Made by a program: the position numbers and the translations under genes. From assembly GCA_964602665.1 (NCBI GenBank), contig CAZRRH010000003.1:66963-130962 (forward strand): DNA of 64,000 nt. The letters run 5' to 3'. Under the pieces are notes generated by a model. The model was not told the DNA's origin. It worked only from the letters and a program-made list of their open reading frames with translations, and did no database searches. This document shows, piece after piece, positions 39,001-48,209 of the stretch. Every line of letters starts with the position of its first letter. Within the stretch, counting starts at the first letter, position 1. Origin of the DNA: an uncultured Candidatus Saccharibacteria bacterium (lineage in GTDB: Bacteria; Patescibacteriota; Dojkabacteria; SC72; WJKH01).

Positions 39001-39050
39001 GAGTATTTGTAAAAACTAAAGCAGGAGGAGAGTATTGGAAACCAGAATAA
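36018..39050 (+). CDS. Large membrane-anchored protein with putative clan GH-A glycoside hydrolase barrel and C-terminal KGWNLxG module
   Basis: N-terminal TM; GHNEVN (acid/base-like) and FIVTETG (nucleophile-like) motifs; KGHNVIS and KGWNLVG repeats. Confidence 0.6.
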   Translation: MDRKKKNVLLGIIFFLIVALFVSLFFGYKEVEKRNEENNLSVYNLESTAFVLVSNANHDLYIENGKIEECPQNDPTSITCVKYKYNADAFSYYEIVNVNPQTSYEIKSYKNSLYKFLDMKSGNILFQTKQIDENPEFPDSMFGKVLYGDGEGAANALVIVTSNEDDDFPPVATLTNDNGGYSVSFKQLNKNYLLKVSLVTVSGYKSDRLVASYDNKPVYDIVLETQNDMSLSSANYASKQSKSLISKVYADGNSCFDSGALGGISVQCSESVHWFRGLNPNECPASSAGSFRVGLVEHTHYTHLFVPSEGKVSLYLNELDSSGKVVNSSQNIDNGQKINASVLKDKVSYELKARIVDGSGNIIKECQDIDRGGPIIIKKDTPKTTHGEKEIENLNKTVEVCPKFGENFAVIPGEVRTEDMIKATNRLGMNWGEVIAVDLEGVDHYRDIVERASVVNMRIILRLCYRDKCELTNGSTYGQKVVETYKKLVSSGKAKNGIYVHVGHNEVNVTEYRLPAQEAKFMNDAIEVIAASGNLAMQSDGPGIHLLGPNLDLFFEGGGKPEYKKANEYVDALLSSGLSLDNAKKIQYWTGNVYIKDGKNDYTAKVFDHIKYLRGKGLNGKFIVTETGKINGGSWEALGDNIGTLIKSDDVAGVLIFNSFGLNPGLSGDASSIDYFAYHKELWDDYKSDKLTLHNSILDRAGCTQRVKVEIIEPGAPIDIVLKGIGGPVGEAQEDPPTSDPIPVSSDGVLGVSTTKDVLGAATMRLPEIGEFLITSSKYKILRPYVSRFSKEDRDVSAFFDTNKNLIKDEGEEFLTSMADFEYKKVGYVNKFDLAKGHNVISISLYPYDVLSAETLLNVINNQGGNATAIGYIENGSWKIFNRVNGVSYSKNFDIKSGMGLYIKSETDSTFTLRGDEYSQPVGVYLYKGWNLVGIHGSDKDYTFKSTLENIAKNELLEVESLAVWDKQSNKYKMFIYDGSSAYGDEDLPVTENTGVFVKTKAGGEYWKPE

Positions 39051-39051
39051 T

Positions 39052-39348
39052 ATGGAAGATTTAAAGGATATTATAAAGAGAGAGAAAGATAACATAGCGC
39101 AAAAGGCAAAATATGTTACCAAGGAGTATCAAGACTATGGATATCGCCTCGCTGTAAAGCTTGAAGATAAAAAACGTGTAGCTATGTATATAAAGCTTGC
39201 AAAAGAGCGGCCTAGAGTGGAACTTGAAAAGGCATACTCTTTTGCGATAGATTATCCAAACGCCAAAAATAAATCAAAACTATTTATGTGGAAATTAAAG
39301 GAAATGCACAAAGAATATAAGGAAAACGATAAAAAATCCGAATCTTAA
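39052..39348 (+). CDS. Hypothetical protein
   Basis: 98-aa ORF (EYQDYGYRLA...LFMWKLK) tightly packed between neighbours. Confidence 0.65.
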   Translation: MEDLKDIIKREKDNIAQKAKYVTKEYQDYGYRLAVKLEDKKRVAMYIKLAKERPRVELEKAYSFAIDYPNAKNKSKLFMWKLKEMHKEYKENDKKSES

Positions 39349-39370
39349 TTAAAATTTAAAATTTAAAAAA

Positions 39371-40675
39371 ATGTTGGACATAAAAAAGATAAGAGAGAAT
39401 CCGCAACTTGTTAAGGATGTATGCAAATGGAAAAATATTGAGCTTGATATTGATAAAATTATAGAATTAGATAAAAAACTAGGCTTTGTTAAAACACAGC
39501 TTGATCAAACTCGTGCTGAAAGAAATAATAACACGGATGCGATTAAAGCATCGGGATCAAAGCCAACAGAGGATGCCATAAAAAAAGGAAAAGAGCTAAA
39601 AGAAAAAATTGCAAAAACGGAGGCAGAGGTAGGCGCTTTAGAAGGTGAATTTTTTGCGTTAATGGCTAGGACACCTCAAATACCAGTAGAAGATACGCCA
39701 AAAGGCAAAGATGATTCTGAAAATGTTGAAGTTTATAAAAAAGGAGTAATTCCACAGTTTTCTTTTAAACCAAAGAATCATATTGAGCTTGCGAGAATGC
39801 ACGATTTGATAGATTTTGACCGAGGGACAAAAGTGGCAGGTTTTAGGGGGTATTTTCTCAAAAACGAAGCTGTTCTAATGCATGTTGGCCTTATGATGGA
39901 AGGGCTAAAAAGAATGGTAGCAAATGGCTATACAGTAGTTGTGCCTCCAACCGTTGTTCGAGAATTTAACTTGTTTGGGACGGGTCATTTTCCCTTTGCG
40001 CAGACAGATGTTTATCGTATAGAAAATAATAGCGAGGATGAGAGCGGAAAGATAGATAAAGAGAAGTATTATCTTGCAGGAACTGCAGAGGTTGGCATCG
40101 CTGGTATGTACTCAAATGAGACAATCGAGAGTGATAAATTACCTCTTAAAATATGTGGATTCTCACCTTGTTATCGCAGTGAGATTGGTAGCCATGGTCG
40201 CGACATGAAAGGTGTTTATCGCATACACGAGTTTTTAAAAATTGAGCAGTTTATTATTTGCGAAAATGATTATGAGATTTCTGAGAAATATCATCAAGAA
40301 CTTCTTGGACATTCTGAAAAATTCCTTGAAGATTTAGGATTACCATATCGAGTTATAAGACAGTGTACTGGTGATATGGGCGCAGGTAAATATAAAATGT
40401 TTGACATTGAGACATATATGCCTTGCCAAGAGAGTAGGAATTATTATGGCGAAACGCATTCAGCTTCTAATTTGGGTGATTGGCAGGCGCGACGACTTAG
40501 TATAAAATATGTTGGAAAGGATGGTAAGAAGCAATTTGTGCATACACTTAATAATACGATGGTTGCTTCTCCTAGGATTTTAATTGCGATATTGGAGAAT
40601 TATCAAAATGAGGATGGAAGTATAACGGTGCCTGATTTGCTTGTTCCTTATGTAGGAAAGAAAAGAATAGGGTAG
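39371..40675 (+). CDS. serS: Serine--tRNA ligase
   Basis: MLDIKKIRENP, YLAGTAEV, RIHEFLKIE, HTLNNT. Confidence 0.97.
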   Translation: MLDIKKIRENPQLVKDVCKWKNIELDIDKIIELDKKLGFVKTQLDQTRAERNNNTDAIKASGSKPTEDAIKKGKELKEKIAKTEAEVGALEGEFFALMARTPQIPVEDTPKGKDDSENVEVYKKGVIPQFSFKPKNHIELARMHDLIDFDRGTKVAGFRGYFLKNEAVLMHVGLMMEGLKRMVANGYTVVVPPTVVREFNLFGTGHFPFAQTDVYRIENNSEDESGKIDKEKYYLAGTAEVGIAGMYSNETIESDKLPLKICGFSPCYRSEIGSHGRDMKGVYRIHEFLKIEQFIICENDYEISEKYHQELLGHSEKFLEDLGLPYRVIRQCTGDMGAGKYKMFDIETYMPCQESRNYYGETHSASNLGDWQARRLSIKYVGKDGKKQFVHTLNNTMVASPRILIAILENYQNEDGSITVPDLLVPYVGKKRIG

Positions 40676-40699
40676 TAATTGGGTGTTCTGAAAATTTTA

Positions 40700-41560
40700 T
40701 TAAACCTCAATAAAGAAGTATTGATCCGACTTTACCTTTTTAAACCAGGTAAGCTGTCTTTTAACATATTTGCAGGTATTAAGAAAAATTTGTTCTTTAA
40801 TCTCGCTTGTAGTTAGTAATCCTTGTTCAAACTCTGCAAAACCAATCGTTTTTGAAGGGAACATTTGTCTACCGGTATCTTTGATCATCTGTTTAACGTT
40901 TTTGTACTCGTTCTCAAGCCCTTGCTCAAACATAATATCTATGCGCAAGCGGATTCTTTCATATAACCAAGGAAGAGATTTTGGAATTAAGATAATATAA
41001 GCGTGATCAAGAGATTTGCCTTTATTATACTTCATACCAGTCCGCGACAGTAGCCTTGATAGACGATGTGGGTTATTTCGATCACTATTATTTAGAAGAG
41101 CAAGGTTATTGCCAAGCATTTTTTGCATTTCTTCTATCGACAAATTAGTAAAATTATTTTTTAGAGCCTCTTTTCGCAATTTGTAGTTTAAAAGCACACT
41201 ATCAATATATAATCCTGTTCCTCCGACAAAAATTGCTTTTTGTCCAATCTTCTGATTCATTAATCTAAAAGCGTCTTTTTGATAATCATATAAAGTATAG
41301 TTGTCAAAGATTGATTTATGCCCGTAAAGCCAGTGCTCAACTCCACTTATTACCCAGTGATCATTTTCTATCTTGTCGGCAATGGGCATAGCAGTTGCGA
41401 TGGGCAATTCTTTATAAACTTGTCTTGAGTCTGCATTGACAACATAAGCATTTAGTTTTGCTGCTAAATCGAGGGCTAAGTCGTTTTTGCCTATTGCGGT
41501 GGGGCCAGCAATTGCGATCACGGGTTTACCTAAAATTTCTTGATTAATCTTTTCTAGCAT
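40700..41560 (-). CDS. miaA: tRNA dimethylallyltransferase
   Basis: GPTAIGK, ADSRQVY, VGGTGLY, YVKRQLTWF. Confidence 0.93.
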   Translation of the reverse strand: MLEKINQEILGKPVIAIAGPTAIGKNDLALDLAAKLNAYVVNADSRQVYKELPIATAMPIADKIENDHWVISGVEHWLYGHKSIFDNYTLYDYQKDAFRLMNQKIGQKAIFVGGTGLYIDSVLLNYKLRKEALKNNFTNLSIEEMQKMLGNNLALLNNSDRNNPHRLSRLLSRTGMKYNKGKSLDHAYIILIPKSLPWLYERIRLRIDIMFEQGLENEYKNVKQMIKDTGRQMFPSKTIGFAEFEQGLLTTSEIKEQIFLNTCKYVKRQLTWFKKVKSDQYFFIEV

Positions 41561-42803
41561 TGAGGTAAATTGTTAAATTCTGCAGGTATAACTTGAAAAA
41601 CTCCAAAATCACCTCAGATAAGAGAATTACCCATATCAATTTATTAGCAATTATATCTACAAAACCAACCCCTGTAATAAAAAGCGGTACTAATAATGGA
41701 GCTAATATCGTGATAGCTATTATCGCAAGTAGCTTTATAACTCTTGCGTCAATTGATTTAATGAGTGAGGATGCGAAATTATTGATAATTATAACTACTC
41801 CGCAGGCTATTATTGTAAAAAGATCGATTGCTGAATTTGTTATTTTTAAATATGCAAGCCAAACGGATAATGTCAAAATTGTACTAAAAAGCATTATAAG
41901 AGAAACCCTGTATTTGTTTTTGTTAAGGACACCAAGAATTATTGCCACAAGAACAGTTAGTAGGGCAAAAGCAGCTGTTAGGTTACTGTAATTATTGTTT
42001 ATAAACTCAAAAAAGCCATAAGGTTGTACATTACTTTGTGTTTCTTCTGATGTTGTTGTGATTTTTGTACCAATTGGTTTAGTGTTAAATATTGCACTGC
42101 TTAGAAGCTTGTCTTTTTCATCTGAGCCTACTCCGACAACAAGATCTGGCCCGTTAACCTGATAAGGCGTGACATATCCAAAGATATTAATGCCGATCTG
42201 TTTTCCTTGGTTATTTGTTATAAAGGCTTCAATCTCGTCTTGTTTATCAATGGTGGGCTTAAAAACCAAGAAGTATGCTAATCCTCCTTGCGAAGTGGGA
42301 GATTGCCTTACTATAATTCTTCTAAAATAGTCCCTGTTAATATCTGTCTTGTCATAACTATCTTCTATGTATGCGGCGATAATATTGTTTTCATCATTAA
42401 GATCAATTTCCTCTTTTAATGTAAGAACACTTATCGAGCCATCAGTTGATAATAATGATTGGATCATATATTGATCCTTTGTGCTCCAAGTCATGACTTC
42501 TATTGATTCATCGTCTTTTTTTTCGATATTAAATCTCTCTATTTCTGCTTGCGTAAGTCTTGATTTAACGATGGAGATATAATTATCTGATTGTCCTTTG
42601 TCTTCTAATTCTATTTTAAATCGCTCATATGAGTATAGCTGAGATTTCAGACTAAGATTATATGTATACTGTGCAATATAGTTCTCTGTAAACGGGATTG
42701 ATATAAAAAATATTGTTATAAAGATTGCTGTTAATATCGAAAGTGCTGATAAAATGCCGATACTTTTTAGCTGTTTTAATACCTTATCTTTATTGAGTTT
42801 CAT
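41544..42803 (-). CDS. Divergent SecD-like membrane protein
   Basis: One TM, a large external domain (IVKSRL...IE), then about 5 TM helices; topology matches SecD but motifs are eroded. Confidence 0.45.
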   Translation of the reverse strand: MKLNKDKVLKQLKSIGILSALSILTAIFITIFFISIPFTENYIAQYTYNLSLKSQLYSYERFKIELEDKGQSDNYISIVKSRLTQAEIERFNIEKKDDESIEVMTWSTKDQYMIQSLLSTDGSISVLTLKEEIDLNDENNIIAAYIEDSYDKTDINRDYFRRIIVRQSPTSQGGLAYFLVFKPTIDKQDEIEAFITNNQGKQIGINIFGYVTPYQVNGPDLVVGVGSDEKDKLLSSAIFNTKPIGTKITTTSEETQSNVQPYGFFEFINNNYSNLTAAFALLTVLVAIILGVLNKNKYRVSLIMLFSTILTLSVWLAYLKITNSAIDLFTIIACGVVIIINNFASSLIKSIDARVIKLLAIIAITILAPLLVPLFITGVGFVDIIANKLIWVILLSEVILEFFKLYLQNLTIYLNARKD

Positions 42804-42805
42804 AA

Positions 42806-43378
42806 TTATAGTAGGTCGCTATCTTTGCCTATTAAGATTAATTTATCTGTCCTTATTGTATTGTAAACAATATCTTCTTTGCTCTTCTTGCGGAAATCGA
42901 ACTCCTCTGGTTTAAAAAGGGCAACTCTTATTGTCCTGCCAAGATCCTGCTCTAAACCTTCAATATGGCGATTAAGCGTATTTACCTCTGGCAGACCGAC
43001 TATTAATAAATCGACATCTTTATCACTGCTGTATTTTTGTGAGAAAAAGTGTCCTGACAGAATCGCAATTTTTATGTTTTCTATTTTTGTAATGGCTTTA
43101 TGGATTGCAAGAACGCTAGGGTCTGATTTGCGAAGCATAGATTTAAGTTCTGACAATATTGGGCATTGTTCATTTAGTGAATAAACTACTTTATTCCCTT
43201 CTTTAACTGCTTTTAATATTCCGGCCTTTTCTAAGTTTACCAGCTCTCGTCTAATCGCATTTATTTCTTCGTTTAGTTCTCTTACGACTCCTCTTACATG
43301 ATTTTTGTGGTCATTGGACAAGAGAAATAATCGCAAGATCTTAATTCTTACTTTTGATATAAATATTTTATCTAGCAT
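42806..43378 (-). CDS. ArsR-like wHTH fused to a degenerate nucleotidyltransferase domain
   Basis: SKVRIKILRLF, HVRGVVR...INAIRRELVNLE, DVDLLIVG. Confidence 0.75.
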   Translation of the reverse strand: MLDKIFISKVRIKILRLFLLSNDHKNHVRGVVRELNEEINAIRRELVNLEKAGILKAVKEGNKVVYSLNEQCPILSELKSMLRKSDPSVLAIHKAITKIENIKIAILSGHFFSQKYSSDKDVDLLIVGLPEVNTLNRHIEGLEQDLGRTIRVALFKPEEFDFRKKSKEDIVYNTIRTDKLILIGKDSDLL

Positions 43379-43399
43379 AAAACCGTTATTAAAAATTAA

Positions 43400-44650
43400 T
43401 TATTGCTTTATTATCGTAAAACTCCCTCTGCTTGAAGGTATTATTTGTATCCAAATTTGTCCTCTATTGAATACAAACTCGCTACCATCTTCTGCATAAA
43501 AAAGTGTTCTTTCAGTGCGAGATTCTTTTTTCCATGTTGCAGAATAAATCTTGCCATCTTGCAAAATTTTTGCATTCCCTTCATCAATAACTTCCATGAT
43601 TATCCTGCCTGACGGGTCGGGAGGTGTTAAATATCCTGCTTCTTGTACGATTACGACCTTTGGTTCTTGTTGCAATTTAGTTTTTTGGTCAATATCTTTT
43701 TTGCCACCAATCTCTCTTAAATACTTATTTGTGGCACTATTATAAATCCAAAGAGCGCTATACTGATTTACGCCTCCTCCATCTGGTGTAAAGGAAACAC
43801 GGACTTCTGTTTGTTTACCTCTTTCGTCAACGTCAGCATCTTTTTTAAAAAGCCAGCTCCTTGTCGGGCCAAAGCCTGTCCATCCATCCTTACTTTTTGC
43901 ATACTCCCAAACCTTCACAGGAGACATGTATTCATTGTGGGGAGCGTATCTTACGCCATCATTCCATCGCCATGCGCCATAAGTTCTTGCTGTCTTAACA
44001 CCATATTTCGAGAGGTTGCCGAGCGCGTCCAGTCGTGGATCATCTGAATATGCTTGACCATCATGAGATAAAATAGCGTCGTATTCTCCAACTATTTCTA
44101 AATAATAATTTCTTACGCTTCTTATTGGACCTACCTCTTCTACTTTATTTGACCAAAAAATCGGCATATATCTTGTAATTCCTGATTCGACAAGCGTTTC
44201 ATACACGATATCTGCTTGTGATAAATTAGACTGTGGACGCGAAAAAGCTAGATTATTAACCATAACGGCAAGAGGTCTTCTTTGCATCATTTCCTCCATT
44301 TGAGTTTTGGTGAATAGTACGCCATTAAGAGGACTTGGTTCTGTCCTTGGCATGCCAATTTGCAACTGTGTTGAATAATTTATATCAGGAGCTGTTGTTG
44401 TACTATTTACATATACATAATTATCATAGAAATTAATAACAGAAGATGCTTTTGGTGTGTAGTCAAAAATCTCGATTTGTAGGTAAACGATAGCGGCAAT
44501 TCCAACGACAATACCTATTCCGTACAGTATTCTAATAGCAATTGATTTTTTAGAAATAGTTTTCTTCTCTTCTGTGATCAAGGTTTGTGCAAGGTCTGGT
44601 GTTTCTTTTATCTCGGGGGTAGCCAAAGCATTTAAGTCAATTTGTTTCAT
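43400..44650 (-). CDS. DUF3048-family membrane-anchored protein
   Basis: RPLAVMVNN, RPQSNLSQADIVYE, GITRY, VGPIRSVR, APHNEY. Confidence 0.88.
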   Translation of the reverse strand: MKQIDLNALATPEIKETPDLAQTLITEEKKTISKKSIAIRILYGIGIVVGIAAIVYLQIEIFDYTPKASSVINFYDNYVYVNSTTTAPDINYSTQLQIGMPRTEPSPLNGVLFTKTQMEEMMQRRPLAVMVNNLAFSRPQSNLSQADIVYETLVESGITRYMPIFWSNKVEEVGPIRSVRNYYLEIVGEYDAILSHDGQAYSDDPRLDALGNLSKYGVKTARTYGAWRWNDGVRYAPHNEYMSPVKVWEYAKSKDGWTGFGPTRSWLFKKDADVDERGKQTEVRVSFTPDGGGVNQYSALWIYNSATNKYLREIGGKKDIDQKTKLQQEPKVVIVQEAGYLTPPDPSGRIIMEVIDEGNAKILQDGKIYSATWKKESRTERTLFYAEDGSEFVFNRGQIWIQIIPSSRGSFTIIKQ

Positions 44651-44712
44651 AGCTTGATTTTAGCATAAAATTTAACTTTTTAAAACATCCCATATATGAT
44701 AGAATAGAGCGA

Positions 44713-46002
44713 ATGAAATACTATGTCAAGACTTACGGTTGCGCGATGAATTATGCCGATAGTAATAACATTAGAAATATTCTAAATCAGTGCGGTTTAA
44801 TTGAAACAAAAAACCTCCAAGACGCTAATTATCTTATAATAAATTCTTGTTCCATAAGAAAGCAGGCAGAAGATAAAGTTGAAGGTTGGAAAATGAAATT
44901 AAAAAAGAAAGGAATTAAGCCTGATAAGATCATCCTTACAGGCTGTATGGCATCAAGATATAATCGTCAGACAAATGAAATAGAAAAAAAATATTCTCAA
45001 AATTTAAAAAAAAGATTTCCTTGGATTGATGAAATAATACCAATAGAAGAAATTGACAAGATATCATCCGCCCTAAAAAAGGAATGTTATGACGTAGAAT
45101 ACAAATCGTTTTGTAATGATCCTGTAACAGATGGATTTAACGCTATGGTTCCGATATCCTCAGGATGTGATAACTTTTGCTCTTACTGCATAGTTCCTTA
45201 TACAAGGGGTAGACAAGCTAACCTTGATTGTGGTATAATTATAGACAGAGTTAAGCTTGCTGTAAGCAAAGGTTACAGACTGATAACATTGCTAGGCCAA
45301 AATGTTAATAGTTGGCAAAATGTAACAAAAGAAAGCGGCCTTGACTTTGCGGATCTTTTAAAAAAAGTTTGTGCTGTTGATGGAGATTTTTGGGTTAACT
45401 TTTTATCGTCAAATCCTATGGATTGGACTGATAAATTAACAGAAACTTTAGTTTCTGAATCCAAAATAATGAAATGGTGTAATATTGCAGTACAATCGGG
45501 TTCGGATAAGATACTTAAGAAGATGAATCGTAAATATTCGGTTAAAAGATTTATTGAAATTGTAAATAGCCTCAAAAAGCGTGATGCTGATTTTCGCGTT
45601 TTCACAGATCTAATTGTAGGTTTTAGTGGTGAAAGCGAGCAAGATTGGCAAAACTCCCTTGATTTAATAAGTAAAATGGACATAGAGATGGTTTACTCTG
45701 GTAAATACTCTGTTAGAGAGGGTACTTCTGCTAGTAAATATTGTGATGATGATGTTAAGTTGTCCAAGAAGGTTGAGCGTGAAAAACAGCTTGCGAAGCT
45801 TGTCAATGAGAACCGATTAAGGTCGCATAGTATGTGGGCTGGTAAAAAGATGAAAGTTTTGATACAATATAACAACAGAGGGGTTTCATACTACAACCAC
45901 GATGTCATTTTTGATAGTGTTGACGATGGTTTGTTAGGTAGCTTTTGTGAGGTTGTTGTAACAGATGCTAATGTTAAAGGGTTGATGGTTAAATTGATAT
46001 AG
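44713..46002 (+). CDS. miaB: tRNA methylthiotransferase MiaB
   Basis: TYGCAMN, NSCSIR, TGCMA, radical-SAM GCDNFCSYC, LLGQNVNS. Confidence 0.88.
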   Translation: MKYYVKTYGCAMNYADSNNIRNILNQCGLIETKNLQDANYLIINSCSIRKQAEDKVEGWKMKLKKKGIKPDKIILTGCMASRYNRQTNEIEKKYSQNLKKRFPWIDEIIPIEEIDKISSALKKECYDVEYKSFCNDPVTDGFNAMVPISSGCDNFCSYCIVPYTRGRQANLDCGIIIDRVKLAVSKGYRLITLLGQNVNSWQNVTKESGLDFADLLKKVCAVDGDFWVNFLSSNPMDWTDKLTETLVSESKIMKWCNIAVQSGSDKILKKMNRKYSVKRFIEIVNSLKKRDADFRVFTDLIVGFSGESEQDWQNSLDLISKMDIEMVYSGKYSVREGTSASKYCDDDVKLSKKVEREKQLAKLVNENRLRSHSMWAGKKMKVLIQYNNRGVSYYNHDVIFDSVDDGLLGSFCEVVVTDANVKGLMVKLI

Positions 46003-46012
46003 GAAAAAAGTT

Positions 46013-47500
46013 ATGATTGATAAAATAGTTAGAAAACTAAAAAGATTCATATTAAAAAATTCTGTTATTGGCATATTCGTTTTTAGAAACATTCCTGCCA
46101 ATGTTTTAAAAAACATTAGCTACTTTTACGCTAAGAAAACATTTAAAAGGGCTTTAAATATTAATGCTTATAGAGATTTTATAGAAAAGGTTGAAGGAGT
46201 AAGCAAAAACATGCTTGTTAAAGATTTCAATAAAATTCCAATAATAGATAAAGATTCTTATATTAAGAAATACAGCATATTTGATAGATCTTACCCTGTT
46301 AATCCTGCGTTCTTTTACAGAAGCTCCGGATATTCGGGCGAACCAATTTTTTGGTCTCAGTCAAAAGATGAAATATTAGATTTCTTTCATTATGTTGATT
46401 TTAATATGCAAAGCATATTTCAGATAAACAGAAAAAAAACTCTGATAATATCTCTTTTTGCCTTAAGTAGCTGGGTTACAGGCCAGGAAGTATTATCTGC
46501 ATTGAATTACATAGCATTAAGAAATAAACATGTCACATATTTTGCATCTAACATGGATTATAAGGAAGGAATAGAAATGGTTGAGAAAGTTGGAAAAGAT
46601 TTTGAACAAATCATCGTTATGTCTTACCCTATAACTTTAAAGACCTTTGTCGAAGATTTGAAAGAACGTACTGAAGAATCGATATTGAAAAAGATAAGAA
46701 TTGTTGTTGGTGCAGAGGGGGTAACATATGAATGGTGTAAATACATAGAAAATCTTTTAGGAAAAGAAAAATCATTAGGGCATGTGGTTTATTCTGCATT
46801 TGGGGCGGCTGATATTGGAATAGGATTCGGTGCTGAACAAGATTTTTCTTTATACTTAAAAGATCGATTGTATGAGAATAAAGAATTGAGGAAAAGCTTG
46901 CTAGGTAGCTTGGAAATGCCTCTACATATTTTTCAATATGATCCAACTAGTGTCTATGTGGAGAATGTTAATGGCGATTTCGTTGTAACTATAGATAAAC
47001 AGGTCCCTCTTGTAAGGTATAATTTACATGATTCAATAAAATCTTTTACTTTTGAAGAAATAAAAAAGAAAATGAAAGCGTTAGGAATTAACATTAAACA
47101 AGAGACTAGAGGTATGAATATAATGAAATTACCTTTTCTTGCTGTATACGGCCGATCTGATGATACAATAATACTTAATGGAGCAAATATATATGTTAAT
47201 TCTTTTAAAGAAGCGCTTCAAAAAGAAGAAATTGTTAAGTATCATACTGGGAAATTTAGAGTTCATGTTGTGGAAGATGAAAAGTTGTTTCAGAATTTTA
47301 AAGTTGAAATAGAGCTTAGAGATAATATAAAGGAAAGTCCGGAACTAAAAGTAAAAATAAGGGAACATATAGTTTCTTTTTTGCTGAATCATGATAAAGG
47401 ATATAAAGATGCTTATCATAATCCGTACGCATCAGATAGAGCATGTATCATAGAATTTGTTAAATTCAATGAAACCTCTATAAAGCATAAATATGTTTAA
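46013..47500 (+). CDS. Phenylacetate-CoA-ligase-like adenylate-forming enzyme
   Basis: SSGYSGEP loop, AFGAADIG, PLVRYNLHD, GRSDD...GANIY. Confidence 0.8.
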   Translation: MIDKIVRKLKRFILKNSVIGIFVFRNIPANVLKNISYFYAKKTFKRALNINAYRDFIEKVEGVSKNMLVKDFNKIPIIDKDSYIKKYSIFDRSYPVNPAFFYRSSGYSGEPIFWSQSKDEILDFFHYVDFNMQSIFQINRKKTLIISLFALSSWVTGQEVLSALNYIALRNKHVTYFASNMDYKEGIEMVEKVGKDFEQIIVMSYPITLKTFVEDLKERTEESILKKIRIVVGAEGVTYEWCKYIENLLGKEKSLGHVVYSAFGAADIGIGFGAEQDFSLYLKDRLYENKELRKSLLGSLEMPLHIFQYDPTSVYVENVNGDFVVTIDKQVPLVRYNLHDSIKSFTFEEIKKKMKALGINIKQETRGMNIMKLPFLAVYGRSDDTIILNGANIYVNSFKEALQKEEIVKYHTGKFRVHVVEDEKLFQNFKVEIELRDNIKESPELKVKIREHIVSFLLNHDKGYKDAYHNPYASDRACIIEFVKFNETSIKHKYV

Positions 47501-48209
47501 AAAGGGAGATATTTGGAATAAATATTCTTATGACTATGATAACCTAAATAGTCTTCTTGCTTATAAGGAACTTTTAGAAAAAATTATAAGTATAATTAAT
47601 AAATATTGTAACCAAGACAAAAGATGTAAAATTGTAGATCTTGGCTGTGGAACAGGTAGTTTATCAATCTCTCTTTCCAATCGATTTAAAAAATCACAAA
47701 TTATATCTATAGACAATAGTGATTCGATGCTAGCAGTTTTAAAAAGAAAGATTGATTTTAATAAGATTGAAAATATTGATGTTTTAAAAGCAGATATTAA
47801 AAAATTGACTAGCTATAAAAATCTTACCGATGCAGATGTGTATATCATGAACAATGTCCTTTATACTATAGGAGAAAAAGAAAAATTCCTTGAAAATCTT
47901 TCTAAATTACTTCGTAAAAAGTCCATTCTTATAATATCAGATCCAAAGCCGGTTATGGAATATAAATATGTTTCAATTATAAAAAAGCAATTCTCTTCGA
48001 TTAAGATCTTTTGGCAATCTTTAAGGTTGATTCCCTCATTTATAAGAATATACGTAAGTAATAAGGAAATAGATAAAAAATATGTCAGATATAGTAAAAA
48101 TAAGTATATAGAAATTTTTCATAAATCAGGGTATGATATATTGCACAGTGAGTACACCTATGCTGATCAAGCTAATTTATTTGTTTTGAAAAAGAATGAA
48201 TATTGTTGA
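47493..48209 (+). CDS. Class I SAM-dependent methyltransferase
   Basis: IVDLGCGTG, IDNSDSML, NNVLY. Confidence 0.88.
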   Translation: MFKKGDIWNKYSYDYDNLNSLLAYKELLEKIISIINKYCNQDKRCKIVDLGCGTGSLSISLSNRFKKSQIISIDNSDSMLAVLKRKIDFNKIENIDVLKADIKKLTSYKNLTDADVYIMNNVLYTIGEKEKFLENLSKLLRKKSILIISDPKPVMEYKYVSIIKKQFSSIKIFWQSLRLIPSFIRIYVSNKEIDKKYVRYSKNKYIEIFHKSGYDILHSEYTYADQANLFVLKKNEYC

